Source: an uncultured Clostridia bacterium
Lineage (GTDB): Bacteria > Bacillota > Clostridia > Christensenellales > CAG-138
Reading direction: 5' to 3'
Length of the DNA: 64,000 bases
Assembly (NCBI GenBank): GCA_946614035.1
Contig: CAMOGJ010000001.1
Span: 59,023 to 123,022 of the forward strand
A model generated the notes under the pieces. It ran no database searches and was not told where the DNA came from. It was given only the letters and a program-made list of their open reading frames with translations. Position 1 is the stretch's first letter. Each line of letters begins with the position of its first letter. Of this stretch, positions 32,678 through 41,716 are shown one piece after another. The translations under genes were made by a program, and so were the position numbers.

Positions 32678-33712
32678 ATGGACGGTATTGTTGTGAACTC
32701 GCTGCTCGCGCTGCTGACCGCATGCGGCGCGGCGGCACTTCTGGGTCCGCTTCTGATCCCGGTGCTGCACCGGCTCAAGTTCGGGCAGAACGTGCGCGAC
32801 GACGGACCGCAGACGCATCTCAAGAAGCAGGACACGCCCACGATGGGCGGCGTAATCATCCTGATCGCGATCGTGCTTGCGACGCTGATCTTTGCGCGAA
32901 AGAACTACACGCTTGCAATCATAGCGCTGCTGATGGCGGTGCTGTTCGGGCTGATCGGGTTCTTCGACGACTTCATCAAGATCATGAAGAAGCGTTCGAT
33001 GGGTCTTCGCGCATGGCAGAAGATCGCCGCGCAGTTCGTGCTGGCGCTGCTGTTTTCGCTGATTTTGTACTTTCACGCGCAGGTGGGCGGCACCGTATGG
33101 TTCGACCGGCTCGATCTCGGCGTATTTTTCATTCCGTTCGCGATGTTCGTGATCGTCGCGACGGTCAATTCGGTCAACCTGATCGACGGACTCGACGGGC
33201 TTTCGAGCTCCGTCACCGCGATCTACGCGGGCGCGCTGGGGCTGATGCTGATCCTGTACGTTCTGACCTACGGTCACCGCGCGATCCTGACCCCCGAACA
33301 GACGGTTGCCGAGCAGAGCATGCTGTCCGGACTGTCCGGTCTGTCGGTGTTCGCGTTCGCGGTGTGCGGCGCGTGTCTCGGCTTTCTGGTGCACAACGCC
33401 TATCCCGCCAAGGTCTTTATGGGCGATCTCGGCGCGTTCACGCTCGGCGGCGCGGTCTCGGCGATGGCGCTGCTCTCGCGTACGTCGCTGCTGCTGCCGC
33501 TGATGGGCATCATGTACGTCGCCTCGTCGGTGTCGGTCATTCTGCAGGTCGGCTCCTATAAGCTGCGGCACAAGCGCGTTTTCCGCATGGCGCCGCTGCA
33601 TCACCACTTCGAGCTCGGCGGTACGCCGGAGACGAAGATCGTTTCGGTATACAGCGTGATCACCGCGGTCGCATCCGCGGCGGCGCTTTTGATTTTCTGG
33701 TTCTGCAAATAA
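32678..33712 (+). CDS. mraY: Phospho-N-acetylmuramoyl-pentapeptide transferase
   Basis: 344 aa polytopic protein. ...HLKKQDTPTMGG..., ...NSVNLIDGLDGL..., ...VFMGDLGAFTLGG..., ...APLHHHFEL... are canonical MraY motifs. Confidence 0.95.
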   Translation: MDGIVVNSLLALLTACGAAALLGPLLIPVLHRLKFGQNVRDDGPQTHLKKQDTPTMGGVIILIAIVLATLIFARKNYTLAIIALLMAVLFGLIGFFDDFIKIMKKRSMGLRAWQKIAAQFVLALLFSLILYFHAQVGGTVWFDRLDLGVFFIPFAMFVIVATVNSVNLIDGLDGLSSSVTAIYAGALGLMLILYVLTYGHRAILTPEQTVAEQSMLSGLSGLSVFAFAVCGACLGFLVHNAYPAKVFMGDLGAFTLGGAVSAMALLSRTSLLLPLMGIMYVASSVSVILQVGSYKLRHKRVFRMAPLHHHFELGGTPETKIVSVYSVITAVASAAALLIFWFCK

Positions 33713-33722
33713 GGAGGATTGT

Positions 33723-35072
33723 ATGGCAAAGCAAAAGACGGCGTTGATCGTCGGCATGGCAAAGAGCGGCATCGCGGCGGCGCGGCTGCTGTATCAGGAT
33801 AACTACCGCATCATCGTCAACGACATGAAGCCCGAGATCAAGGGGCTGTTCGATCAGCTTTCGGGCATCGCATACGAGGTCAAGCTCGGCGCAAACCCGA
33901 TGGATCTTCTGGACGGCGTGGACCTGCTGATCCCGAGCCCGATCATTCCGATGACGCGCAACTTCATCGTCGAAGCGAAGCGCCGCGGGATCGAGGTCAT
34001 TTCCGAGATCGAGCTCGGCTACCGCTATTCGAAGGCGGATTTCGTGTGCATCACCGGCACCAACGGCAAGACGACCTGCACGGCGCTGACCGGCGAGCTC
34101 TTTAAGGCGGCGGGGTACAACACGTTCGTGCTCGGCAACATCGGCGTCGCAATCTCGGCGCATGCGCTCGAAACGAAGCCGGGCGACGTCGTCGTGGCGG
34201 AAACCGCGGCGCTGCAGCTCGAGGGCAACGTGCGCTTCCATGCAAAAGCGGCGGGCGTGTGCAACATCACGCCGGACCACCTCGATCACTTCGGCACGAT
34301 GGAAAACTACATCGAAGCGAAGGCGAAGATTCTGGACAATCAGACCGCGGACGATACCGCGGTACTCAACTGGGACGACGAGACGGTGCGCGGCTTCCAT
34401 ACCCGCACGCCGGCGAAAGTGCTGTACTTCTCGCGCAAGGTCGAAGTCGAAAACGGCATGTTCGTGCGCGACGGACAGCTCGTGTATCGCATAAACGGCG
34501 AGGAAAAGACGCTGATGGCGGCGGACGAGATCCGCATTCCCGGCGGGCACAACCTTGAAAACGCAATGCTCTGCGCGCTGCTGGCGCTTTCGTGGGGCAT
34601 CGCGCCGGAGACGATCCGCGAGGTTCTGAAAACGTTCGCGGGCGTCGAGCATCGCATCGAATACGTCTGCACCAGAAGCGGCGTCGACTACATCAACGAC
34701 AGCAAGGGCACGAATCCGGCGTCCACGATCCGCGCGATCGAGGCGATGAAGAAGCCGACCGTGCTGCTGTTGGGCGGCTACGACAAGCATATCGGATTCG
34801 ACGAGCTGTTCGAGGCGTTCACGCCGATCGTCAAGGCGTGCGTCGTGCTCGGCGACACGAAGCAGCAGATCCTGGACTGCGCGGCGGCGCACGGCTATGC
34901 GCATCTGTGCACGACGGCGGATACGTTCGAGGACGCGGTCAACAAGGCGCGCGACCTTGCGGCGGAGGGCGACTGCGTGCTTTTGAGCCCCGCGTGCGCA
35001 AGCTGGGATATGTTCGACAACTACGAAACGCGCGGACGGGTCTTTAAGGAGATCGCGCGCGCATACAAGTAA
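33723..35072 (+). CDS. murD: UDP-N-acetylmuramoylalanine--D-glutamate ligase
   Basis: 449 aa behind AAGGAGG. N-terminal Rossmann (ALIVGMAKSGIAAARLL), P-loop ITGTNGKTT, C-terminal ...VLLSPACASWDMFDNYETRG... Confidence 0.93.
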   Translation: MAKQKTALIVGMAKSGIAAARLLYQDNYRIIVNDMKPEIKGLFDQLSGIAYEVKLGANPMDLLDGVDLLIPSPIIPMTRNFIVEAKRRGIEVISEIELGYRYSKADFVCITGTNGKTTCTALTGELFKAAGYNTFVLGNIGVAISAHALETKPGDVVVAETAALQLEGNVRFHAKAAGVCNITPDHLDHFGTMENYIEAKAKILDNQTADDTAVLNWDDETVRGFHTRTPAKVLYFSRKVEVENGMFVRDGQLVYRINGEEKTLMAADEIRIPGGHNLENAMLCALLALSWGIAPETIREVLKTFAGVEHRIEYVCTRSGVDYINDSKGTNPASTIRAIEAMKKPTVLLLGGYDKHIGFDELFEAFTPIVKACVVLGDTKQQILDCAAAHGYAHLCTTADTFEDAVNKARDLAAEGDCVLLSPACASWDMFDNYETRGRVFKEIARAYK

Positions 35073-35080
35073 GCGGAGAC

Positions 35081-36241
35081 ATGGCGGAACAGAAGGCGAA
35101 AAAAGAATCGATCTTTACGCGCATCAGGGAGGCGCGGTTTGTTCGCGGCAAGATGGACTTTTCCATCCTGCTGGTGATTTCCGTGCTCTGCGCGTTCGGT
35201 CTCGTCATGGTCTTTTCCGCGAGCTACTATTACGCACAGCACTATTCCGGCGCAAACAACGACAGCTTTTACTACCTCAAGCGTCAGATCCTGTACCTCG
35301 CGATGGGCTATCCGGTCATGCTGCTCGTCTCGCTGATCGACTACCGCATCATCGAAAAGATGCGCTCGCTGTTCATGGCGGTCTCCATCCTGCTGCTGAT
35401 CGCGGTTCTGTTGTGGGGGCGCGACTTGAACGGCGGCAAGCGCTGGCTTGTTATCGCCGGTATCTCGATTCAGCCGTCCGAGCTCGCAAAGTTCGGTCTC
35501 ATGATCTTCATGTGCTCATACATGTCGCGTCACCGGCATGAAATGAGCTCGTTCCGTTACGGCATGATCCCGATGCTGATCGCGATCGGCGTCATTTCGG
35601 GTCTGGTCATGCTGCAGCCGAACATGTCGATGGCGGTTATCATCGGCTTCATCGGCATCGTTCTTTTGTATCTCGGCGGATGCGACTTAAAGCAGCTGCT
35701 GATTCTGGGCGGTATCGCGATCGTCGCGTTCTTTATTCTGGCGTTCGCACAGCCGTACCGCGTTGCGCGAATGACTTCGTTTTCGAACCCAGAGCTCGAC
35801 CCGCAGGGCACCGGCTATCAGCTTTTGCAGTCGTATTACGCGATCGGTTCCGGCGGACTGTTCGGAAAGGGACTCAATAACAGCTATCAAAAGCTTTTGT
35901 ACATGACCTACGGCGAATCGGACTTCATCTTCGCGATTCTTTGCGAGGAGTTCGGCTTCGTCGGCGGATTCATCGTGATCCTGCTGTACGGCTGGATCGT
36001 GTTCCGCGGCATGATCGTCTCGATGCGCTGCCGCAACCGGTTCGGCAGTCTTCTGGCGGCCGGTATCTCCATCGTTTTCGGCTTTCAGGTATTCGTCAAC
36101 ATCGGCGTTGTTACCGGTCTGCTGCCGACGACGGGACAGGCGCTTCCGTTCATATCGGCGGGCGGCACGTCGCTGCTGGTCTTCCTTGCCGCAATGGGCC
36201 TGCTGCTGAGCATTTCGCGCGACACGAACCCGTACGGATAG
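35081..36241 (+). CDS. ftsW: SEDS-family peptidoglycan glycosyltransferase FtsW/SpoVE
   Basis: 386 aa with about 10 TM helices. ...QPSELAKF..., ...GYQLLQSYYAIGSGGLFGKGL..., ...ESDFIFAILCEEFGF..., ...LPTTGQALPFISAGGTSLL... are typical of FtsW/RodA/SpoVE. FtsW versus SpoVE cannot be decided here. Confidence 0.88.
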   Translation: MAEQKAKKESIFTRIREARFVRGKMDFSILLVISVLCAFGLVMVFSASYYYAQHYSGANNDSFYYLKRQILYLAMGYPVMLLVSLIDYRIIEKMRSLFMAVSILLLIAVLLWGRDLNGGKRWLVIAGISIQPSELAKFGLMIFMCSYMSRHRHEMSSFRYGMIPMLIAIGVISGLVMLQPNMSMAVIIGFIGIVLLYLGGCDLKQLLILGGIAIVAFFILAFAQPYRVARMTSFSNPELDPQGTGYQLLQSYYAIGSGGLFGKGLNNSYQKLLYMTYGESDFIFAILCEEFGFVGGFIVILLYGWIVFRGMIVSMRCRNRFGSLLAAGISIVFGFQVFVNIGVVTGLLPTTGQALPFISAGGTSLLVFLAAMGLLLSISRDTNPYG

Positions 36242-36301
36242 CGGCACATTTTCCCTTCCTTTCGCATAAGATGCAGTATCATGCGGGAGGAACCACGGAA
36301 C

Positions 36302-37552
36302 ATGTCGAACTTTGCGGTGCAAGGCGGTGCGCGTCTTTCGGGAACGGTCGCCGCGCAGGGATCCAAAAACGCGGCGCTGCCCATCCTGGCGGCAACGTTG
36401 CTGGTCAATGAGCCGGTCAGACTTTTGAACTGCCCGCGGCTTCGGGATGTGGGCAACATGCTGCACATTCTCGAATCGCTCGGCTGCACCGTCTTTCGCG
36501 AGGGGAACGACCTCGTGGTGGACAGCGGCACGGCGGACCGGTTCGTTCTGCCGACCGCGCTTTCGCACGAGCTGCGCTCGTCGATTTTTCTGCTCGGTTC
36601 GGTGCTGTCGCGCTTTTCGGAGGCGGATGCGCCGTACCCCGGCGGGTGCGAGATCGGCAATCGTCCGATCGACCTGCATCTGTACGGTCTCAAACGCCTG
36701 AACGCAGAGATCTGCGAGCGGAACGGGCGCATCCGCTGCAAGGGCAACCACCTTTGCGGCGCGGTGGTCGACTTCGAATATCCGAGCGTCGGCGCGACCG
36801 AGAATATCATGATGGCGGCGGTGCGCGCAGACGGCACGACGGTGATCCGCAACGCCGCCTGCGAGCCGGAGATCGTCGATTTGCAGGGCTTTCTGAACGC
36901 CTGCGGGTTCCGCGTTTGCGGCGCGGGCACGCCGACGGTCACAATCGAGGGCGTCGAACAGGGACACGGCACGGCGTACACGGTCATGCCGGACCGCATC
37001 GTGACCGGCACGTACCTGATCGGCGCCGCGATGACGCGCGGCGACGTGACGGTCGAGAACACGCGTCCCGATACGGTCGATGCGCTGCTCTCGAAGCTGC
37101 GCGACTGCGGGTGCGAGCTGACGCGGTACGATACGGCGGTGCGCGTCAGGGCGGCGGAGCGCGTGCGCTGTGTGGCGTTCACGGAGACGCGCCCGTACCC
37201 CGGTTTTCCGACCGATCTGCAGCCGCAGCTGTTTGCGATGCTGTCGGTCGCGCAGGGAACGTCGGTGCTCGTCGAGAACGTGTTTGAAAACCGCTTCAAG
37301 CACGCGCAGGAACTGAAAAAGATGGGTGCGCAGAACCGCATCCTGGACCGCACGGCGGTCATTACCGGCGCGGAGCAGCTGCACGGCGCGACCGTTACGG
37401 CGCACGATCTGCGCGGCGGCGCGGCGCTGGTGCTCGCGGGACTTTGCACCGACGGCGTTACCGTCATTGAGCATGCGGAGCGCATCGAGCGCGGCTACGA
37501 ACAGATCGACCGCGCGATCCGCGCGCTCGGCGGCACGATCATGCGAACGTAA
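36302..37552 (+). CDS. murA: UDP-N-acetylglucosamine 1-carboxyvinyltransferase
   Basis: Start ATG 36302 (MSNFAVQGGARLSGTVAAQGSKNAALPILAA); ATG 36281 is the in-frame alternative. The catalytic-loop region reads ...YPGGCEIGNRPIDLHL... Confidence 0.92.
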   Translation: MSNFAVQGGARLSGTVAAQGSKNAALPILAATLLVNEPVRLLNCPRLRDVGNMLHILESLGCTVFREGNDLVVDSGTADRFVLPTALSHELRSSIFLLGSVLSRFSEADAPYPGGCEIGNRPIDLHLYGLKRLNAEICERNGRIRCKGNHLCGAVVDFEYPSVGATENIMMAAVRADGTTVIRNAACEPEIVDLQGFLNACGFRVCGAGTPTVTIEGVEQGHGTAYTVMPDRIVTGTYLIGAAMTRGDVTVENTRPDTVDALLSKLRDCGCELTRYDTAVRVRAAERVRCVAFTETRPYPGFPTDLQPQLFAMLSVAQGTSVLVENVFENRFKHAQELKKMGAQNRILDRTAVITGAEQLHGATVTAHDLRGGAALVLAGLCTDGVTVIEHAERIERGYEQIDRAIRALGGTIMRT

Positions 37553-37620
37553 ACGCCCTCCGAACCGGCAGGGCTTCAAAACGACAACCTCCCGCTTGGG
37601 AGACACGGAAAGGATTACAC

Positions 37621-39006
37621 TTGGCTAAGAAGAACAAACGGTCCGACCGGGAACGGAACAGCTTTCTGTTCGATGAGGATGCGGGCGCGGAAGAGAACCT
37701 GATGGATCTGTTCGGCGACGATCCTGCGGACGAGCCCGAACCGGAGGACGAAACCGCATACGCGCCCGAGGCGGAGGATGCCGCGCCGGAAGAACCGGCG
37801 GACGGCGATCCCGCCGATGCGGACATGCCCCTGTCCGACGCGGACGATTCGGTCCCGCGGTCGGTTTCGAGCGGGTTCCGCTTCGACCGCTACGGACGGC
37901 GCGTCGATCAAAAGAAGAATCGCTACGGCAAGCGCAAGAACGCGCCGAAAGCGACGACCACGGTCGTCGAGCACGACACCGAGGCAAAGCGCGAGTACGA
38001 CGAAGCGAAGGCGCGCTCCGAGGCGCGCGCACAAAAGCGCGCCAAAGAAGAAGCGCGGCAGAAGGCGATCAAGAAGGCGGAGAAGGCGAAGCAACGCCGC
38101 CGCAGTCTGTCCACGCTCGTGTTCGGCGTCCTCGCGATCGGGCTGCTGCTCGTCATGGTCTGGTTCGTCACGCGCCTGTCCACGGTCCGCGTTGCGGACG
38201 TGCCGGACGGCTACACCGAAGAACAGATCGTTTCGATGAGCAAACTGAAGCGCGGCAGGTCGATGCTCTTTCAGAGCACGGCGGCGGCAAAGGCGGCGAT
38301 CGAGACCGATCCGTACCTGGAGGCGACGGTGCAGTACGCGTTTCCGTCCACGGTGCGCATCGCGGTGAACAAGCGCGCCGAGGCGGCCTGCGTGCGCTGG
38401 GGACCGCAGAACGAGTATCTTGCGATCATCGACGAAAAGGGCACGGTGCTGAACGAGACGGCGGAAAGCGCCGGATCGCTGCTGATCGCCGAGGGCATGA
38501 GCATTTCGAGCGCTGTGAACGGCACGCGCCTGGGCGACGCGACCGATACGCGCGTCGCGGCGCTGATCCGCATGCTGACCAAGCTGAAGGAACTGGGGCT
38601 GCTCTCCAGAACGCCGCGCATCAGCCGCATCGATATGACCGAACTGATGCAGATCCGCATCTACACCGAGGGCACGTCCTACACGATCGAGGTCGGCGAT
38701 CCATCGAACCTCGATACCAAGCTGATGCTGCTGCAAAAGCATTGGGACGCGATCATGCAGAAGGCGGCGGACTACATCAAGAGCGGTCACGCCACCGCCA
38801 CGATTTACCTGTACAGCAAGGGCGGCGTCAGCATCTCGCCGTACGAGCCGGGATACGCCTATGAGATCCCGGTCGCGACGTTCCTGCCGGACACACCTGC
38901 GCCGCAGGTGACGCCGGAGGGCGGCGTCAATCCGGAGGATTCGGCGGAACCCACCCCGCCGTCGGTCACCCCGATGCCGCACCAGAGCGACCCGTTTACG
39001 GGCTAA
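37621..39006 (+). CDS. ftsQ: Cell-division protein FtsQ/DivIB with long charged N-terminal cytoplasmic region
   Basis: TTG start behind AAAGGA, as in the ORF track. About 165 aa of acidic then basic low-complexity sequence, one TM helix (LVFGVLAIGLLLVMVWFV), a POTRA-like segment (VRVADVPDGYTEEQIVSMSKLKRGRSMLF...AAIETDPYLEATVQYAFPSTVRIAV) and an FtsQ beta domain. Last gene of the dcw cluster. Confidence 0.75.
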   Translation: MAKKNKRSDRERNSFLFDEDAGAEENLMDLFGDDPADEPEPEDETAYAPEAEDAAPEEPADGDPADADMPLSDADDSVPRSVSSGFRFDRYGRRVDQKKNRYGKRKNAPKATTTVVEHDTEAKREYDEAKARSEARAQKRAKEEARQKAIKKAEKAKQRRRSLSTLVFGVLAIGLLLVMVWFVTRLSTVRVADVPDGYTEEQIVSMSKLKRGRSMLFQSTAAAKAAIETDPYLEATVQYAFPSTVRIAVNKRAEAACVRWGPQNEYLAIIDEKGTVLNETAESAGSLLIAEGMSISSAVNGTRLGDATDTRVAALIRMLTKLKELGLLSRTPRISRIDMTELMQIRIYTEGTSYTIEVGDPSNLDTKLMLLQKHWDAIMQKAADYIKSGHATATIYLYSKGGVSISPYEPGYAYEIPVATFLPDTPAPQVTPEGGVNPEDSAEPTPPSVTPMPHQSDPFTG

Positions 39007-39019
39007 ACGCTTCGCGTTT

Positions 39020-39048
39020 CGCCGAAATCAGGATTTCGGCGAGTTTTC
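39020..39048 (+). terminator. Rho-independent terminator of ftsQ
   Basis: CGCCGAAATcaggATTTCGGCG perfect 9-bp stem followed by AGTTTTC, 14 nt after the stop. Confidence 0.65.
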
Positions 39049-39147
39049 ACCGTCTGCCTATCGCCTTCGGCGACCGGGCGGCAGCCGGTGCAAGGTGTCA
39101 AATCCGCCGCGCATGTCGCCGGATTTGACGGATTGGTGTGGTAACCA

Positions 39148-39222
39148 AATATCGTGTTCCGCAAGGGGTATATCGTGCGGCGGTGCCGTATATCGCGCCG
39201 CAGGTATATCGCGTCCCGCAGG
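39148..39222. repeat. Four iteron-like direct repeats (core ATATCGYG, three with trailing CCGCA(A)GG)
   Basis: aATATCGTGttCCGCAAGG (39148), gtATATCGTGcggcggtgcc (39168), gtATATCGCGcCGCAGG (39188), tATATCGCGtCCCGCAGGG (39205). Core-to-core spacing is 21, 20 and 16 nt. Non-coding, between convergent genes. Confidence 0.6.
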
Positions 39223-39325
39223 GACATTTCTCATGTAGGGGGCGTCGTCCCCGACGCCCCGCGTCATCCGCGCTTGCGCAAGCAAGCTCATCATGCGGCG
39301 CAGCCGCTCATCATTGTAAACTCTG

Positions 39326-39364
39326 CAAAAAGCAAAGCCCCGATCGCTCGGGGCTTTTTGCTGT
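39326..39364. terminator. Bidirectional rho-independent terminator (flotillin gene)
   Basis: CAAAAAGCAAAGCCCCGatcgctCGGGGCTTTTTGCTG immediately 3' of the flotillin stop (39367). Confidence 0.8.
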
Positions 39365-39366
39365 TG

Positions 39367-40941
39367 TTATGCGGTTGCGTCGTTCGGATCGAGCACGGTC
39401 TTGACCGCGCCCTGCGGATCGCCGCTGACCGTAACGTTGCGGTTCACCTTTGCGTCGTAGGTCTCCGCCTTCATGATGTCGACGAGATCCAGTCCGGTGA
39501 CCTCTTTCATCGTTTCGATTGTGCGGGCGAGCACGCTCGGGACGAAACCGCCCATCGTGTCCACGCCGCTTGCGCCGTGACCGCCGTCGATGATCGTCAC
39601 CTTGTCGATGGATTCGAGCGGCTTTGCGATCGACGCCGCCATTTCGGGCAGGGCCTTCACGATCATTTCCATCATGGCCGCCTGGCCGTACTTGCGCATG
39701 GCCTCCGCTTTCTTTTCGAGCGCTTCCGCTTCCGCGATGCCGCGGGCTTCGATCGCCGCCGCTTCCGCTTCGCCGACCGCCTTGATGCCTTCCGCCTCCT
39801 GCAGCTTCGCGTACATCGCGGCTTCCGCCTGCACGCGCTGCGCTTCGGCTTCCTTTTCGCGTTCGAACTTCTCGGCCTCTGCCTGAATCCTGCGCACCTC
39901 GGCCGCCTTCTCGCGTTCGAACTTTTCGGCCTCCGCCTTGCGCTGCCGTTCGAACAGCTCGGCCTCCGCCTTCTGCTGACGGGCGAACTTTTCGGCTTCC
40001 GCCTTCTTCTTGATCTCCGCTTCGAGGGTCTGTTCGGTGACCTCGACGCCCTTGCGCTTCAGTTCGATTTCACGCTCCTGCCGCGCGATGTTTGCGTTCG
40101 CGGTGGTGACTTCGATCGTCTTGCGCTGCTCCTGCTGCTGGATCTCGTACGCCGCATCGGCTTCCGCCTGCTTGATGTCCGATTCCCTCTTCAGTTCGGC
40201 CTCGCGGATGCGGAGCTCGTTTCTGCGGGAAGCGATCTCGCTCTGTGCCGCGACCTGCGCTTCGTTCGCCATCCGCTTTGCTTCCGCTTCGGCGATCGCC
40301 ACGTCGCGCTCCGCCTGTGCTTTCGCGATCGACGCGTCCTTCTGGATCTGCGACATGTTGTCCTGACCGAGTGCTACGATCAGTCCCTTTTCATCCTCGA
40401 TCTTCTGGATGTTGCAGGAGATGATCTCGACGCCCAGCGCGTTCATGTCGGTCTGCGCTTTCTGCTGCACTTCGTCGCCGAACTTCTTGCGGTCCGTGTT
40501 CAGCTCCTTGAGCTTCACGGTGCCGATGATCTCACGCATGTTGCCCTGCAGGGAGTCGGTCAGCGCTTTCGTGATCGATTCCTCGCTCATGTTCAGGAAG
40601 TTCTTCATCGCGATCTTGATGCCTTCCGGATCGGTCTTGAGCCGGACCTTCGCGACTGCGTCGATGTCCACGCCGATGAAGTCGAGCGTCGGCACGTAGC
40701 CGTTGGTCTTGATGTCGATGCTGATCTGCTTTAATACCAGCGTGTCCTTCCTTTCGAGGAACGGAAGCTTGATGCCCGCGCGTCCGATCAGGATCTTCGG
40801 CGTTTTCTTCATGCCGGAGATGATGAACGCCTTGTCCGGCGGCGCCTTGACATAGCCGCTGACGAGAATGCCGATGACGAGCGCCGCAGCGGCGGCGATC
40901 AGTCCGATCAAAAGTCCCGGGTGTGATGCAATGTAACTCAT
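39367..40941 (-). CDS. Flotillin-family SPFH/Band-7 protein
   Basis: Track ORF trimmed to ATG 40941 (MSYIASHPGLLIGLIAAAAALVIG) behind AAAGGAGAGAGG. N-terminal membrane hairpin, SPFH domain, and a long EA-rich coiled coil (AEAEKFEREKAAE... repeats) as in FloT/YuaG. Confidence 0.85.
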   Translation of the reverse strand: MSYIASHPGLLIGLIAAAAALVIGILVSGYVKAPPDKAFIISGMKKTPKILIGRAGIKLPFLERKDTLVLKQISIDIKTNGYVPTLDFIGVDIDAVAKVRLKTDPEGIKIAMKNFLNMSEESITKALTDSLQGNMREIIGTVKLKELNTDRKKFGDEVQQKAQTDMNALGVEIISCNIQKIEDEKGLIVALGQDNMSQIQKDASIAKAQAERDVAIAEAEAKRMANEAQVAAQSEIASRRNELRIREAELKRESDIKQAEADAAYEIQQQEQRKTIEVTTANANIARQEREIELKRKGVEVTEQTLEAEIKKKAEAEKFARQQKAEAELFERQRKAEAEKFEREKAAEVRRIQAEAEKFEREKEAEAQRVQAEAAMYAKLQEAEGIKAVGEAEAAAIEARGIAEAEALEKKAEAMRKYGQAAMMEMIVKALPEMAASIAKPLESIDKVTIIDGGHGASGVDTMGGFVPSVLARTIETMKEVTGLDLVDIMKAETYDAKVNRNVTVSGDPQGAVKTVLDPNDATA

Positions 40942-41179
40942 TTCCCTCTCTCCTTTCATAACCGGTCCTCAGTGGTGCGGAGGTTTTTTGTCCGCCTCCT
41001 GTTTACGGCTTCATCATAGCGCACGCCGCCGGTTTTCGAAAGGGACGCCGTCTGCAAATGGCGATCGGTATTGCCGCATAAACGGCGAAATAAGACGGTA
41101 AAATTCGCACATTCTTTTCTTTCCAAATGCACGCGCGCGTTGTATAATACAAACAGAAAAAACACCGGAGGACAACAGC

Positions 41180-41668
41180 ATGGGCAAGCGCTCGGTGAAG
41201 GAACACAAAAACGTGTATCAGCAAAGCCGCGAGGCGTGCGAGCTGAGCCGCGAGGCGGCAAGCGAACGGCTGCAGTATGTGTCGGCGGACCGCATCGAAA
41301 AGATCGAGAGCGGCAGAAGCGCGCCGCATCCGGACGAGGTGCTCCTGATGGAGCAGGGTTACGGCAATCCGGAGCTTTCCAATTACTACTGCACGCACGA
41401 GTGCCCGATCGGCATGAAGTACGAGCAGGCGGTGAGCCTGAAGGAGCTGCCGCAGCTGACCGTGGAGCTGCTTTCCGCGCTGCACGCGATGGAGGAGGAG
41501 CAGAACCGTCTGATCGACATCTCCGTCGACGGACGCGTCAACGACTTCGAACGCAAACAATTCGACGTGATCCTTTCGAAGCTCGCCGCGCTCGACCGCT
41601 CGATCCGCGGCATGCGCATCTGGATCGAACACGCGATCTACACCGGCAAGATCGACGAGGCGAAGTAA
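41180..41668 (+). CDS. XRE-family helix-turn-helix transcriptional regulator
   Basis: 162 aa behind GGAGGA. N-terminal HTH_3-like segment (...YQQSREACELSREAASERLQYVSADRIEKIESGRSAPHPDEVLLMEQGY...). The C-terminal ~90 aa is helical and of unknown function. Confidence 0.7.
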   Translation: MGKRSVKEHKNVYQQSREACELSREAASERLQYVSADRIEKIESGRSAPHPDEVLLMEQGYGNPELSNYYCTHECPIGMKYEQAVSLKELPQLTVELLSALHAMEEEQNRLIDISVDGRVNDFERKQFDVILSKLAALDRSIRGMRIWIEHAIYTGKIDEAK

Positions 41669-41716
41669 CGCGTCGCTTGCCTGCATCCCAAAGCAATCAA
41701 CACAGGAGGTAAAAAC

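Noticed and set aside
39003-39404. Track ORFs of 74-88 aa in the ftsQ-flotillin gap (39003..39227 minus, 39058..39294 minus, 39138..39404 plus).
   Set aside because: They have no RBS and overlap each other. Their peptide periodicity simply reflects the nucleotide repeats. I treat the region as non-coding (see the finding).
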